DNA of 64,000 nt from Candidatus Aphodoplasma sp. (GCA_045541115.1 JAZQIM010000012.1:27147-91146); one strand, 5' to 3'. Shown: positions 51,758 to 61,430, counted from the stretch's first letter. Program-made: numbers and translations. The notes: generated from the letters alone by a model not told the origin.

Positions 51758-52059
51758 ATTATATATGACAGTAAATTTATATCGTACTTACAAAAAAATA
51801 AAAGGGGCACTTTTGTGTCTCTTTATTTTTTTGATTTAAGAATAGGAAGGGAGTCAAATTTAAATATTTTCTTTACAAAAAGTCACGCTCAGTTTGATTT
51901 GTCAACAGGTAACTTTATTATATGCAAAAAAATGCAGTATAATTGCAAAAAAATACGCTTTATATCTTGAATTTTGCTAAAAAAACTGTTATACTAAATG
52001 ATATATAATGCGGTAAGTATAAATAAATGTGAAAATAATTAAATAAAGGATGGTAATAA

Positions 52060-53358
52060 ATGAACATTTTTAAGCTTTCACAGATGAGCGAAGAGAAAAA
52101 ACAGTTTATAATGAAGCGTGCTGAGCTTGACATATCCGAGCAGATGAAAATTGCAAAGGAAGTATCAGATGATATACGTGTGCGCGGTGATGAGGCTGTG
52201 CTTGAATATACAAAGAAGTTTGATAAGGTGGAGCTTAGCGCGTCACAAATGAAGGTAAGCGAAGAGGAAATCGAAAAAGGCTATGCAGCGTGCGATGCAA
52301 AAACACGCGAAGCGATTGAATACGCTGCAAAAAATATCCGCGATTTCCACGCAAAGCAGCTTCCCGAGGATATATGGTTTACACATGTTGATGAAGGACT
52401 TATGGTAGGCGAGAAAACAACACCTATCGTAGATGTGTGTTTGTATGTTCCGCGCGGCAAAGGAAGCTTTCCGTCAGTGTTATTGATGCTTGGTGTACCG
52501 GCGATAGTTGCAAATGTTGAAAAAATTGTTGTTGTTACACCGCCAAATGAAAATGGCGGCGTAGATGATGCGATTTTGGCAGCTGCAAAAATCATAGGAA
52601 TAAAAGAGATTTATAAGGTTGGCGGTATTCAGGCTGTTGCATCGGTTGCATATGGAACACAGACGATCCCGAAATGCCATAAGATAATTGGACCTGGAAA
52701 CAGTTATGCCACAGCGGCAAAGAGAGTTTTGGCAAACTACATAGATGCAGGACTTCCTGCAGGACCGAGTGAGTCGATAATTCTTGCAGATGAGAAGGCA
52801 GATCCACACAAGGTTGCACTCGACTGGATGATTGAAGCGGAGCACGGACCGGACTCGGCTGCACTTCTTGTTACACATAGCGAAGAGCTTGCAAAAAAAG
52901 TAGTACCGATTATGGAGGCACAGCTTGAAAAGATCAGCGAAAAGCGACGCGAGTTTATAAAGACGAACTACTCTACATACGGTGGAATTATTATAACAGA
53001 TTCGCTTGAGGAATCAATTGATTTTGTGAATGATTATGCGCCCGAACATATGGAGGTTATGTGTGAAAATCCGTTTGACATATTGCCGAAAATTAAAAAT
53101 GCGGGCGAGATTCTGCTTGGAGAGTATTCGCCGATTACACTATGCAATTTTGTTTTGGGACCGAACGCAATACTTCCTACGGGTGGATTTGCAAAGACAT
53201 ACAGCAGCGTATCGGTATTTGACTTTTTAAAGCGCTCATCGATAGGCTATGTTTCGAAAGAAGGCTTTAAGAAGGTAAGAGGATATGCAGATACGCTTGC
53301 GACGGTAGAGGGCTTTGATACGCATGCACTTGCCGTAAGAGAAAGAAAAGTAGATTAA
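52060..53358 (+). CDS. Histidinol dehydrogenase homolog (atypical)
   Basis: YVPRG, GPGN, PAGPSE, EAEHG, APEH, EG...H; substitutions at canonical QAEH and GDY...NH motifs. Confidence 0.85.
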   Translation: MNIFKLSQMSEEKKQFIMKRAELDISEQMKIAKEVSDDIRVRGDEAVLEYTKKFDKVELSASQMKVSEEEIEKGYAACDAKTREAIEYAAKNIRDFHAKQLPEDIWFTHVDEGLMVGEKTTPIVDVCLYVPRGKGSFPSVLLMLGVPAIVANVEKIVVVTPPNENGGVDDAILAAAKIIGIKEIYKVGGIQAVASVAYGTQTIPKCHKIIGPGNSYATAAKRVLANYIDAGLPAGPSESIILADEKADPHKVALDWMIEAEHGPDSAALLVTHSEELAKKVVPIMEAQLEKISEKRREFIKTNYSTYGGIIITDSLEESIDFVNDYAPEHMEVMCENPFDILPKIKNAGEILLGEYSPITLCNFVLGPNAILPTGGFAKTYSSVSVFDFLKRSSIGYVSKEGFKKVRGYADTLATVEGFDTHALAVRERKVD

Positions 53359-53379
53359 AATTGTAAAGGGGAGATAGAT

Positions 53380-54000
53380 GTGAAAACAATTAGTGTTACA
53401 CGAAAGACGACGGAGTCTGAAATGGTGCTTAGCCTTACGCCGCCACCGCTTGCCACGTCATATCGCGAAAAAATCAATACACCCATTATCTTTTTAAATC
53501 ACATGATAGAACACATCGCATGGAGAAGCGGATTTAACATTGAGACTGAGGTAAAACTTGACAAGTTTTATCTTACGCACGTTGTATGCGAGGATTTAGG
53601 AATTGCACTTGGACGAGCTGTGGCAGAATATATTTCACGTCACATTGATGACGGTATAAATTCATACGGTGTTGGAGTAGGAATCATTGACGAGGCGAAA
53701 GCGCAGTGTGCGATGAGCTTCGAGATGCGTTCATATTTCGACTTTACGAGCAAAGTAGAAATTCCGGCTGAAGCAGAGGATATGCATGCAGAAGATCTTA
53801 AGGTGTTTTTAGATGGATTTGCTCAGGGAGCGAGAGCGACACTTCACATAGACGTAGAAAAAGGAGAAAACTCACATCACATTTGGGAGGCTGTTTATCG
53901 TGCGTTTGGAATTGCGCTCGGTGAGGCGCTTGCGCTCAATCCCGATAAAAGCGGCAGAACAAGTGGTGTAGCAGGAAAAATTGACTTTATTATAGAATAG
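53380..54000 (+). CDS. Imidazoleglycerol-phosphate dehydratase homolog (atypical)
   Basis: RKTTES, FLNHM, HVVCED, DEA, GENSHHIWEA. Confidence 0.8.
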   Translation: MKTISVTRKTTESEMVLSLTPPPLATSYREKINTPIIFLNHMIEHIAWRSGFNIETEVKLDKFYLTHVVCEDLGIALGRAVAEYISRHIDDGINSYGVGVGIIDEAKAQCAMSFEMRSYFDFTSKVEIPAEAEDMHAEDLKVFLDGFAQGARATLHIDVEKGENSHHIWEAVYRAFGIALGEALALNPDKSGRTSGVAGKIDFIIE

Positions 54001-54010
54001 GAAGATTAAG

Positions 54011-55015
54011 ATGAGTGACATTAAGAAATTTTTAGACAAATATGATATTATCTTATTCGATATGGATGGTGTTGTGACGAGCGAGCAGGAATATTGGAAC
54101 GCGGCCGCAATGACATCGTATGAAATGCTCGTATCATCGAAATATTTTGGCGATAAAAGCATTGATGCATCAGAAATATATGAATATCGCACGCAGATTC
54201 GCCGCAATCTGTTTTGCGACGATAAAACTACTGAGGTGCTGAAAAACAAAGGCGTAAACAGCAACTGGGACTTGGCATATGTTGTTCTGTCAGAGGCGCT
54301 TCTTGACGAAGAGCACAGTTTTGAAAATGTCTATAGGCGTGTGTGCGAATATGGTGATTCTATTTTTTCAGAGTATGAATCAATAGCAAAAAAGCTTTCG
54401 TCAAAGTTTAATAAGCCACTGCAGTATTTTGAGCGCGGCGGAGAGATGTGGTGCGAGATAAGAGATGTTTTTCAGAGAAAGTATCATGGCGAAGAAAACA
54501 TTCCCGGACTGATAAATGACGAAAAACCACTTTTTGGCATTGGCAGAACGAGTGCTGTTCTTCGTGCACTTAAACAAGCCGGAAAGACACTTGGCATAGG
54601 AACGGGAAGACCGATGTGTGAGATAGAAGGACCGCTGAAAAACTGGGATTTATACAAATATTTTGATGTTGACAGAATAGTAAGTTATGATGACGTTGTA
54701 GAGGCAGAACGCGAGCTTTCGGCATATGGCGAGAAAATATTGCTCACAAAACCGCATCCGTTTATGTTTTTGAAAGGTGCATTTACGAAATCGTGTCCTA
54801 CACAAAAGATTATTCACGGCGAATATGATAAAGACGTACTCAAAAGAACTCTTGTTGTTGGCGATGCAGGAGCAGATATTCTTGCGGCGCAGGCTGCGGG
54901 GATGAGTTTTCTTGCTGTACTCACAGGAATATCGGCAGCAAGCGCAAGAGAATATTTTGAAAAGCAGGGTACCGATTATATTCTTGATTCGATATGCGAT
55001 ATGATCGAAAAATAA
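54011..55015 (+). CDS. HAD-family hydrolase
   Basis: FDMDGV, GTGR, KPHP, VGDAGADI; NSNWD cap motif. Confidence 0.88.
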   Translation: MSDIKKFLDKYDIILFDMDGVVTSEQEYWNAAAMTSYEMLVSSKYFGDKSIDASEIYEYRTQIRRNLFCDDKTTEVLKNKGVNSNWDLAYVVLSEALLDEEHSFENVYRRVCEYGDSIFSEYESIAKKLSSKFNKPLQYFERGGEMWCEIRDVFQRKYHGEENIPGLINDEKPLFGIGRTSAVLRALKQAGKTLGIGTGRPMCEIEGPLKNWDLYKYFDVDRIVSYDDVVEAERELSAYGEKILLTKPHPFMFLKGAFTKSCPTQKIIHGEYDKDVLKRTLVVGDAGADILAAQAAGMSFLAVLTGISAASAREYFEKQGTDYILDSICDMIEK

Positions 55016-55045
55016 GATAAGTGCGGTACTGCGGGAGGCAAAACA

Positions 55046-55597
55046 GTGGAAAAGCATATACAAACTCCGCTCACAAAACAGCTGGCAGCTACACTTGTGG
55101 CAGGAGACAGAGTATACATATCGGGCGATATATATACTGCTCGTGATGCAGCGCATAAGCGTATGCAAAAAGCAATATCAGAAGGCGAGAGTCTGCCTTT
55201 TGATGTAAAAAATCAGATAATTTATTATGCCGGACCTGCACCTGCAAAACCGGGCGATGTAATTGGTTCATGCGGACCTACGACGAGCGGCAGAGTAGAT
55301 GCATACACACCGGCGCTGCTGGATTTGGGACTTGTTGGTATGATTGGCAAGGGCGAAAGAAGCGAGCAGGTCATAGAGTCTATGACGAAAAACGGATCGG
55401 TGTATTTTGCGGCGATTGGCGGAGCGGGCGCACTTATTGCAAAATGCGTTAAGAGCGTAGAGCCTGTTGCGTATGATGATTTAGGCACGGAAGCAATCGT
55501 GAGGTTGAGAGTCGAAAACTTTCCGCTTACTGTTGTAATCGATTCGAAGGGAAATAATATGTACGAAAGCGAGCGTAAAAAGTACAAAAATAATTGA
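55046..55597 (+). CDS. Fumarate hydratase class I / tartrate dehydratase beta subunit
   Basis: TARDAAHKR, GPTTSGR, IGKG, GGAGAL. Confidence 0.92.
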   Translation: MEKHIQTPLTKQLAATLVAGDRVYISGDIYTARDAAHKRMQKAISEGESLPFDVKNQIIYYAGPAPAKPGDVIGSCGPTTSGRVDAYTPALLDLGLVGMIGKGERSEQVIESMTKNGSVYFAAIGGAGALIAKCVKSVEPVAYDDLGTEAIVRLRVENFPLTVVIDSKGNNMYESERKKYKNN

Positions 55598-55629
55598 TTA
55601 GAAAGAGAAAAATAGCGTGATGGGAGGAT

Positions 55630-56709
55630 TTGTCTATGTCAAAAAGGTCATATCTTAAAGAGCGACTTGCACAGCTGCCTGATTTTGTCTTTTCCTACAT
55701 TCAAAGCTACTATGATGGAGAAAGCGTGAACACACAGCTTGCCTATAGCATAGACATCAAAATTTTTCTCGATTTTTTGCGCACATACCGCTTTAATAAG
55801 ATTGAAAAGCTTGAGGACTTCACGCCCCAGATACTTGATAAAGTTACGGCTGATGACCTTCTAAACTTTAAGGCATACTTGCGAGAATATGAAATTCGCA
55901 CAGTTGACGATGAGGGAAAAGAGAAAACCAGAATAGTCACAAATTCAAATTATGGCATAAACAGAAAACTGTCCGCAATACGCGGACTGTATTCATATCT
56001 GTATAAAACAGATAAAATATCGCAAAATATTACCGATAAAATTACATTTACGAATATTAAGCACAGAATGAAAAAACCGCTTACGACACAGGAAACTGTG
56101 CGCATACTTGACGTTATATTTAACGGCGAGAAATACTATAGTGGTCGCGATTTGACGGAGTATATGAAGAGAAAGCAGCGTGATATTGCGATTTTTACTA
56201 CATATCTTGGTACGGGCGTGCGTGTAAGCGAGCTTGTAAATTTAAATATTGACGACTTAAGTTTTGAAACATCATCATTTATCGTTACCCGTAAAGGCGG
56301 AGAGCAACAGGAAATCTTTATGCCGCCACAGGTTGAGCAGGAGCTTTTGTCGTACATGGAGCAAAGGCTTAAAATTGACGCCGAAGATAAAGGGGCACTC
56401 TTTATAAGCCGCAACGGACGACGTATGAGTATAGGCGCCGTTGAAAAGAATTTGAAAAGGTATTGCATGAGTGTAGGCATTACTAATTCTGACAAAACGC
56501 GTCCTCACGCGCTAAGACGTACTTTTGCGTGTCGCATGCTTGAGGATGGCGTCGATATAAAAATGGTAGCAGAACTTATGGGCCATAAAAACATCGAAGT
56601 TACGCATAAATTCTATGCACAGTACAGTAATCGTGCGAGAAAAGAAGTAATGCGGGGATTTTCGATTATTAAAAGTGATGATACAGAAGAGGAGAGCACA
56701 GATGAATAA
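55630..56709 (+). CDS. Xer-like tyrosine recombinase
   Basis: GVRVSEL, RKG, HALRRT, MGH, FY catalytic set; N-terminal SAM-like domain. Confidence 0.9.
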   Translation: MSMSKRSYLKERLAQLPDFVFSYIQSYYDGESVNTQLAYSIDIKIFLDFLRTYRFNKIEKLEDFTPQILDKVTADDLLNFKAYLREYEIRTVDDEGKEKTRIVTNSNYGINRKLSAIRGLYSYLYKTDKISQNITDKITFTNIKHRMKKPLTTQETVRILDVIFNGEKYYSGRDLTEYMKRKQRDIAIFTTYLGTGVRVSELVNLNIDDLSFETSSFIVTRKGGEQQEIFMPPQVEQELLSYMEQRLKIDAEDKGALFISRNGRRMSIGAVEKNLKRYCMSVGITNSDKTRPHALRRTFACRMLEDGVDIKMVAELMGHKNIEVTHKFYAQYSNRARKEVMRGFSIIKSDDTEEESTDE

Positions 56710-57286
56710 GAAAACAAGAGAAACTGTGCAAAAAAAAGGAATAAAAATATATTTGAAACTTTTCTTATCCACATTTGTTCTTAGCGCATTTACATTCGGC
56801 GGAGGATATGTGATTGTGCCGCTAATGAGAAAGCGTTTTGTTGACAAATATGGCTGGATCGAAGAAGATGAAATGCTTGATTTAGTAGCGATTGCGCAGT
56901 CATGCCCGGGAGCGATTGCAGTAAATGCATCAGTTCTTGTGGGGTACAGGGTTGCAGGAGTTTTGGGTGCATTTATGTGTGTGCTTGGAACAAGCTTGCC
57001 GCCGCTTATTATTTTGAGTGTAATATCGTATTTTTATGAAGTATTTCGCTCGAATATATATGTAGGCTATGCGCTTCGCGGCATGCAGGCAGGTGTTGCA
57101 GCAGTTATTGTCGACGTTGTTTACGGCATGGCGCAAACAGTTATAAAAAATAAAAGGATAATACCTGTAATTATAATGGTATTATCGTTTGTATTATCAT
57201 ACTTTTTTGACATAAGCGTGATGCTTATTTTGCTTATGTGTGCAGTCGTTGGACTTGCATTTGGAAGAGGTGATAGAAAAGTATGA
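56702..57286 (+). CDS. Chromate transporter, short chain 1
   Basis: FTFGGGY, AQSCPG. Confidence 0.9.
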   Translation: MNKKTRETVQKKGIKIYLKLFLSTFVLSAFTFGGGYVIVPLMRKRFVDKYGWIEEDEMLDLVAIAQSCPGAIAVNASVLVGYRVAGVLGAFMCVLGTSLPPLIILSVISYFYEVFRSNIYVGYALRGMQAGVAAVIVDVVYGMAQTVIKNKRIIPVIIMVLSFVLSYFFDISVMLILLMCAVVGLAFGRGDRKV

Positions 57287-57867
57287 TATATCTTATGCTT
57301 TTTTTGAATTTTTGCAAAATAGGACTTTTCAGTATCGGAGGCGGATACGCTGTTTTGCCGCTTATACAGCAAGTCATCGTCGAGCAGATGGGTTGGCTTA
57401 CGATGAGCGAATTTACCGATATTATAACAATTTCGCAGATGACACCAGGTCCGATTGCGCTTAACGCGGCATCGTTTGTAGGAATTCGTGCAGCGGGCGA
57501 TATGGGCGCTGTGCAGGGGATATTCGGTGCGATAGCTGCTACGGCAGGCTGTATATTTCCGTCATTTGTGATAGTCCTTTTTGTAGCGTATATGTACTAT
57601 AAATACCGCTCAATGTCGGTTATTGATGGTATATTGTACGGAATAAGACCTGCAGTGGTATCGCTTATAGCGTCGGCAGGTGTCGGAATTGTTCTTATGG
57701 CACTGTGGAGAGATGAGATGTTGTCACTGTCCTCGTTTGATTTTGTGGCGGCATCGATTTTTGCTGTTTCGTTTGTGTTGTTAAGGATTTTTAAGAAAAG
57801 ACTTAATCCCATATATGTAATTATGGCATCGGGAATAGTGGGAATTTTAGCGTACAGTTTCATATAA
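57283..57867 (+). CDS. Chromate transporter, short chain 2
   Basis: FSIGGGY, SQMTPGP, PSF. Confidence 0.9.
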   Translation: MIYLMLFLNFCKIGLFSIGGGYAVLPLIQQVIVEQMGWLTMSEFTDIITISQMTPGPIALNAASFVGIRAAGDMGAVQGIFGAIAATAGCIFPSFVIVLFVAYMYYKYRSMSVIDGILYGIRPAVVSLIASAGVGIVLMALWRDEMLSLSSFDFVAASIFAVSFVLLRIFKKRLNPIYVIMASGIVGILAYSFI

Positions 57868-57872
57868 AACTT

Positions 57873-58142
57873 CTATTTTGCATTTTCGCTTTCTGCGAGC
57901 TGTGCATATTTTTTCTTTGTTGCAAGGCCGCCGCGTATGTGACGCTGTGCCTTGTTTTTGTCGAGAATTTCCTTAACTTGTGAGTAGAGCGAAAGATTTA
58001 TGTGATTTAGCTTTGTAGTGATATCCTTATGTACGGTAGATTTACTGATATTAAAGTGTTTGGCTGTGGCACGTACAGTTGCTTCGTGGTCAACAATATA
58101 GTTTGCAAAATCGATGGCACGCTCTTCAATATAATTATTCAA
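57873..58142 (-). CDS. spoIIID: Stage III sporulation protein D
   Basis: YIEER, TVRATAK.F.ISKSTVHKD, RHIRGGLATKKKY; TTG start. Confidence 0.96.
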   Translation of the reverse strand: MNNYIEERAIDFANYIVDHEATVRATAKHFNISKSTVHKDITTKLNHINLSLYSQVKEILDKNKAQRHIRGGLATKKKYAQLAESENAK

Positions 58143-58435
58143 AACAAAACCCCCTAAAACATTTGGCTGTATTTACAGTTGTCTATTATTTGTATATGTT
58201 TTATAAGGGGATTTAAGAACAAAAAATAAACAGGCGTTGTATAAGAGTGTAAAACTTATGCAACGCCTGTATTTATTATGGATATAATAATGCCGCAAAT
58301 AAAGATTCATTTATAAGTCATATTGTTTTTTCATAAATAGATGTTGAAATTTTTTTGGTGTGATGTTATAATAAAGAAAATTATTTACAAATAGTTTTAG
58401 CGTCTTTATATAAAGACAAGAAAGGGAGAAGAAAA

Positions 58436-59953
58436 ATGCAAATACGCAAATTTAACGATGTTACAGCGCCACTATCACCGAAAACTCTTGAGGAGTGGAA
58501 GGAATTAAGAAAGGATATTCATGAAAATCTTAAATTCAGCACATCGATTGAATTATTAAAGCATGACGCACCACTCGATGTACATATACTTCCTGTTGCT
58601 GAGTATGACGATATCGTAATAGAAAAGGTTATGATTCAGACTTTGCCGGGATTTTATCTTGGCGGAAATATATATCGCCCGAAGGATACAACAAAAAAGT
58701 ATCCTGTAGTTCTTTGTCCGCATGGACATTGCCGTCACGGAAGAATTGAAACAACCGTGTACAGCAAGCTTGTATTGCTTTTTGCAAACATCGCTAAGAG
58801 GGGAATGGTTGCATTTTCATATGATATGATTGGATATAATGATACGAGTGTTGTTGAGCATGATGGTTTTAATCCTGAAAATAAGGAATATGAAAAATAC
58901 AATTACGGAAGATTTTCTCTCCAATTAAATAACGGTATAAAAGCGCTTGACTTCGTATCGACACTCCCGTATGTTGATACTGAAAGAATAGGCTGCACAG
59001 GAAGCTCGGGTGGCGGAACACAGACATTTGTACTTACAGCATATGATGAGAGAGTTACTGCTGCTGCGCCTGTAAATCAGGTATCAGGCAATTTTCAGGG
59101 TGGCTGCATTTGCGAAAATATTGTTTTCTTAAGAACCGACTACAACAACGTTGATCTTACGATGATGTGTGCACCGAGAAATTTGCTTGTTGCATCGTCT
59201 GACGGCGACTGGACGGTAAATTCTCCTGAAGTTGAATTTCCTGCAATAAAAAATGTTTATTCGCTATACGGTGCTGAAGACAAATTTGAAGGATATTACC
59301 GCATCGCGCCGCATTGCTATGAAACATGTACAAGAGAAAAGGCGTATGAATTTTTCTGCAAATCATTTGGTATTGAAAATAAGTATGATAAAGAACTTGA
59401 ATATGAGCTTGGCTTTGATTGGGAAGAGCTTGTCTTAAAAAGGAAACTCTTATTTGGAAGCGAGTGGAGTCTTGAAGGAAAAATAAAAGATGAGAAAGAA
59501 TTGTTTGAGCTTGTTAAGAAGTTAATCGCTGAAAACCTCAAAAAACTGACACCGGAAGAAAGAGAAAATATAAACAACAGAGTGTTTGCGCTTAGCAAGG
59601 AATTCTATTTTGATATTCCTTACATTATTAACTACAAATACGGTGCGAATGAAAGCATCTACAGAATAAAGACTGACTCTAAGGATATGTCAATCGTTAT
59701 GGGAAAATGTCCTGAGAAGAGCGAGCCACCGTTTGTAAAATACTACCATGTATATAACTTTGCTGAAGATACAAAGAGAGTTAATGGTATCATAAAGTTA
59801 TTTGAGAAATATCCTGATGCTGAATTTGTTGCATGCGGTAAAGCTGCTGCATTGTGCGAAATCGCACAGAAGATAACGGGCAAGAGAAATCTTAAGCTTA
59901 CAGATATTGATGCATCTGACATCGATATCCCGGGCTTTGCACTATTATCATAA
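58436..59953 (+). CDS. Alpha/beta hydrolase (acetylxylan-esterase-like)
   Basis: PHGH, YDMIGY, TGSSGGGTQT nucleophile elbow, CICEN, APR, PH.Y. Confidence 0.8.
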   Translation: MQIRKFNDVTAPLSPKTLEEWKELRKDIHENLKFSTSIELLKHDAPLDVHILPVAEYDDIVIEKVMIQTLPGFYLGGNIYRPKDTTKKYPVVLCPHGHCRHGRIETTVYSKLVLLFANIAKRGMVAFSYDMIGYNDTSVVEHDGFNPENKEYEKYNYGRFSLQLNNGIKALDFVSTLPYVDTERIGCTGSSGGGTQTFVLTAYDERVTAAAPVNQVSGNFQGGCICENIVFLRTDYNNVDLTMMCAPRNLLVASSDGDWTVNSPEVEFPAIKNVYSLYGAEDKFEGYYRIAPHCYETCTREKAYEFFCKSFGIENKYDKELEYELGFDWEELVLKRKLLFGSEWSLEGKIKDEKELFELVKKLIAENLKKLTPEERENINNRVFALSKEFYFDIPYIINYKYGANESIYRIKTDSKDMSIVMGKCPEKSEPPFVKYYHVYNFAEDTKRVNGIIKLFEKYPDAEFVACGKAAALCEIAQKITGKRNLKLTDIDASDIDIPGFALLS

Positions 59954-59960
59954 TAAAAAT

Positions 59961-59996
59961 AAAAAGTGTTCTTGCGTTAAGCAGGAACACTTTTTT
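59961..59996. terminator. Bidirectional terminator
   Basis: AAAAAGTGTTCTTGC...GCAGGAACACTTTTTT. Confidence 0.85.
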
Positions 59997-60061
59997 GATG
60001 CCAATTTTATAAAATGAAAACAAAAAACCTCAACACGCTAAATACGTGTCAAGGTTCTTGC

Positions 60062-60073
60062 TTGGTGCGAGTG
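60062..60073 (-). repeat. Duplicate of tRNA-Leu 3' end (att-like)
   Basis: TTGGTGCGAGTG is identical to 60299-60310. Confidence 0.65.
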
Positions 60074-60171
60074 TTTTTATAGGATTTGTGCGTAAATGCA
60101 GTAATAGTAAGGGGTTTAGGCATTGTATTTTATAAAATAAGTGTTTTGCAGAGCAAAACTACAATGAAAAA

Positions 60172-60257
60172 GTATTCATTATTCATCAGCGAAGCGACTT
60201 CATTATTCATTGAAAATCCTGTCAAATGAATGATGAATATTGAATAATGAATAATAC
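60172..60257. repeat. Imperfect palindrome of TCATTAT/ATAATGA heptamers
   Basis: TATTCATTATTCATC...TTCATTATTCATTG mirrored by AATGAATGATGAATATTGAATAATGAATAATA. Confidence 0.7.
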
Positions 60258-60299
60258 AAAGCAAAAATCCCATCGACAAAAGTCGACAGGATTTTCCTT

Positions 60300-60383
60300 T
60301 GGTGCGAGTGATGGGACTTGAACCCATACGCCATAAGCACACGCCCCTCAAACGTGCCTGTCTGCCGATTCCAGCACACTCGC
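60300..60383 (-). tRNA. tRNA-Leu(GAG)
   Basis: GCGAGTG...CACGT-TTGAGGG-GCGTG, long variable arm, GGTTCAAGTCC, CCA; promoter TTGACA-17 bp-TATACT at 60398-60426. Confidence 0.97.
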
Positions 60384-60491
60384 ATACAACGTTTAATAGT
60401 ATATACCATTTTTTTCGGTTTGTCAACCCTTGTAATTAAAAAATTTTTATGATAAAATAAAAAAATGAAAAAAACAGCTTTGGAGGCCAAA

Positions 60492-61028
60492 ATGGATACG
60501 TTTATAGAGTACATGATTTCAAAGAAAAAAACATATGTTGATGCACTAAAAACCATTGGAATAATAATTGGAGCGATTGCGATTTGCTTTGTGCTTGGTT
60601 TTTGTGTTGCGATTTCAAAATCGTGGCTTTTTATGCTTTGGTTTGCACTTGGTGTAGCAGTGTGGTACGGAGTATATATTTTGATTTCGCGTATGAATGT
60701 AGAGTACGAATATATTTTTACAAACGGCGAACTTGACATAGACGCTATATACTCAAAGAAAAGACGTGTGCATGTTTTAAGCGTGCGTGTAAAAGAATTT
60801 TCAATTTGTGCTCCTGCTTACGACGAACGTTATAAGGATAAGTATCTTGATGTGAAGAACATAAAAAAATATTATTATACATGCGCAGATATGAATAGTG
60901 GAAATCTGTATTTTGCCGACTTTTTACAAAACGCTGAAAGAGTGAGACTCTATTTTCAGCCACCGCTTAAAATGGTAGAGGCGATGAGACGTTTTAACAT
61001 AAAAAATATACATATAATAGGCGAATAG
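60492..61028 (+). CDS. DUF6106-type membrane protein
   Basis: Two TM segments, then VEYEY...GELDID.I...R; RBS GGAGG. Confidence 0.75.
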   Translation: MDTFIEYMISKKKTYVDALKTIGIIIGAIAICFVLGFCVAISKSWLFMLWFALGVAVWYGVYILISRMNVEYEYIFTNGELDIDAIYSKKRRVHVLSVRVKEFSICAPAYDERYKDKYLDVKNIKKYYYTCADMNSGNLYFADFLQNAERVRLYFQPPLKMVEAMRRFNIKNIHIIGE

Positions 61029-61056
61029 CAATACTTCTGATAGGCTGTGATATAAA

Positions 61057-61425
61057 TTGATAATTGGAATTGGTAGCGATATTGTAAAAATTGCAAGGAT
61101 TTATGATGCTTGTAAAAATGATAGATTTTTAAACGAATATTTTGGCGAAGATGAAAAAGAATTTTTGCGTGCGAAAAAAAATATGGCGCCGAGCGCAGCA
61201 AATAATTTTGCTGCAAAGGAAGCTTTTTCCAAAGCGCTTGGCACAGGTGTGCGCGGCTTTTCAATTTGTGAGGTCGAAGTTTTGCGCGACGAGCTTGGAA
61301 AGCCATACATCAATCTTTGCGGAAAGGCAAAGAGTATTTGTGAAGAGCTTGGAGTAAAAAGGATACACGTAACATTGTCAAATACCGATGATGATGCTGT
61401 TGCTTTTGTTGTTTTGGAGGGATAA
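61057..61425 (+). CDS. acpS: Holo-ACP synthase
   Basis: GIGSDIV, FAAKEAFSKALGTG, GKP. Confidence 0.95.
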   Translation: MIIGIGSDIVKIARIYDACKNDRFLNEYFGEDEKEFLRAKKNMAPSAANNFAAKEAFSKALGTGVRGFSICEVEVLRDELGKPYINLCGKAKSICEELGVKRIHVTLSNTDDDAVAFVVLEG

Positions 61426-61430
61426 TCGCC

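Noticed and set aside
51710-51970. 86-aa ORF after the cassette
   Set aside because: Runs through two terminator hairpins, has no RBS and is low-complexity.
49670-52059. Integrase-driven island at tmRNA
   Set aside because: No duplicated tmRNA 3' end and no adjacent integrase found by eye.
60130-60739. Minus-strand ORFs of 98 and 178 aa
   Set aside because: They overlap tRNA-Leu and the opposite-strand gene; shadow ORFs.
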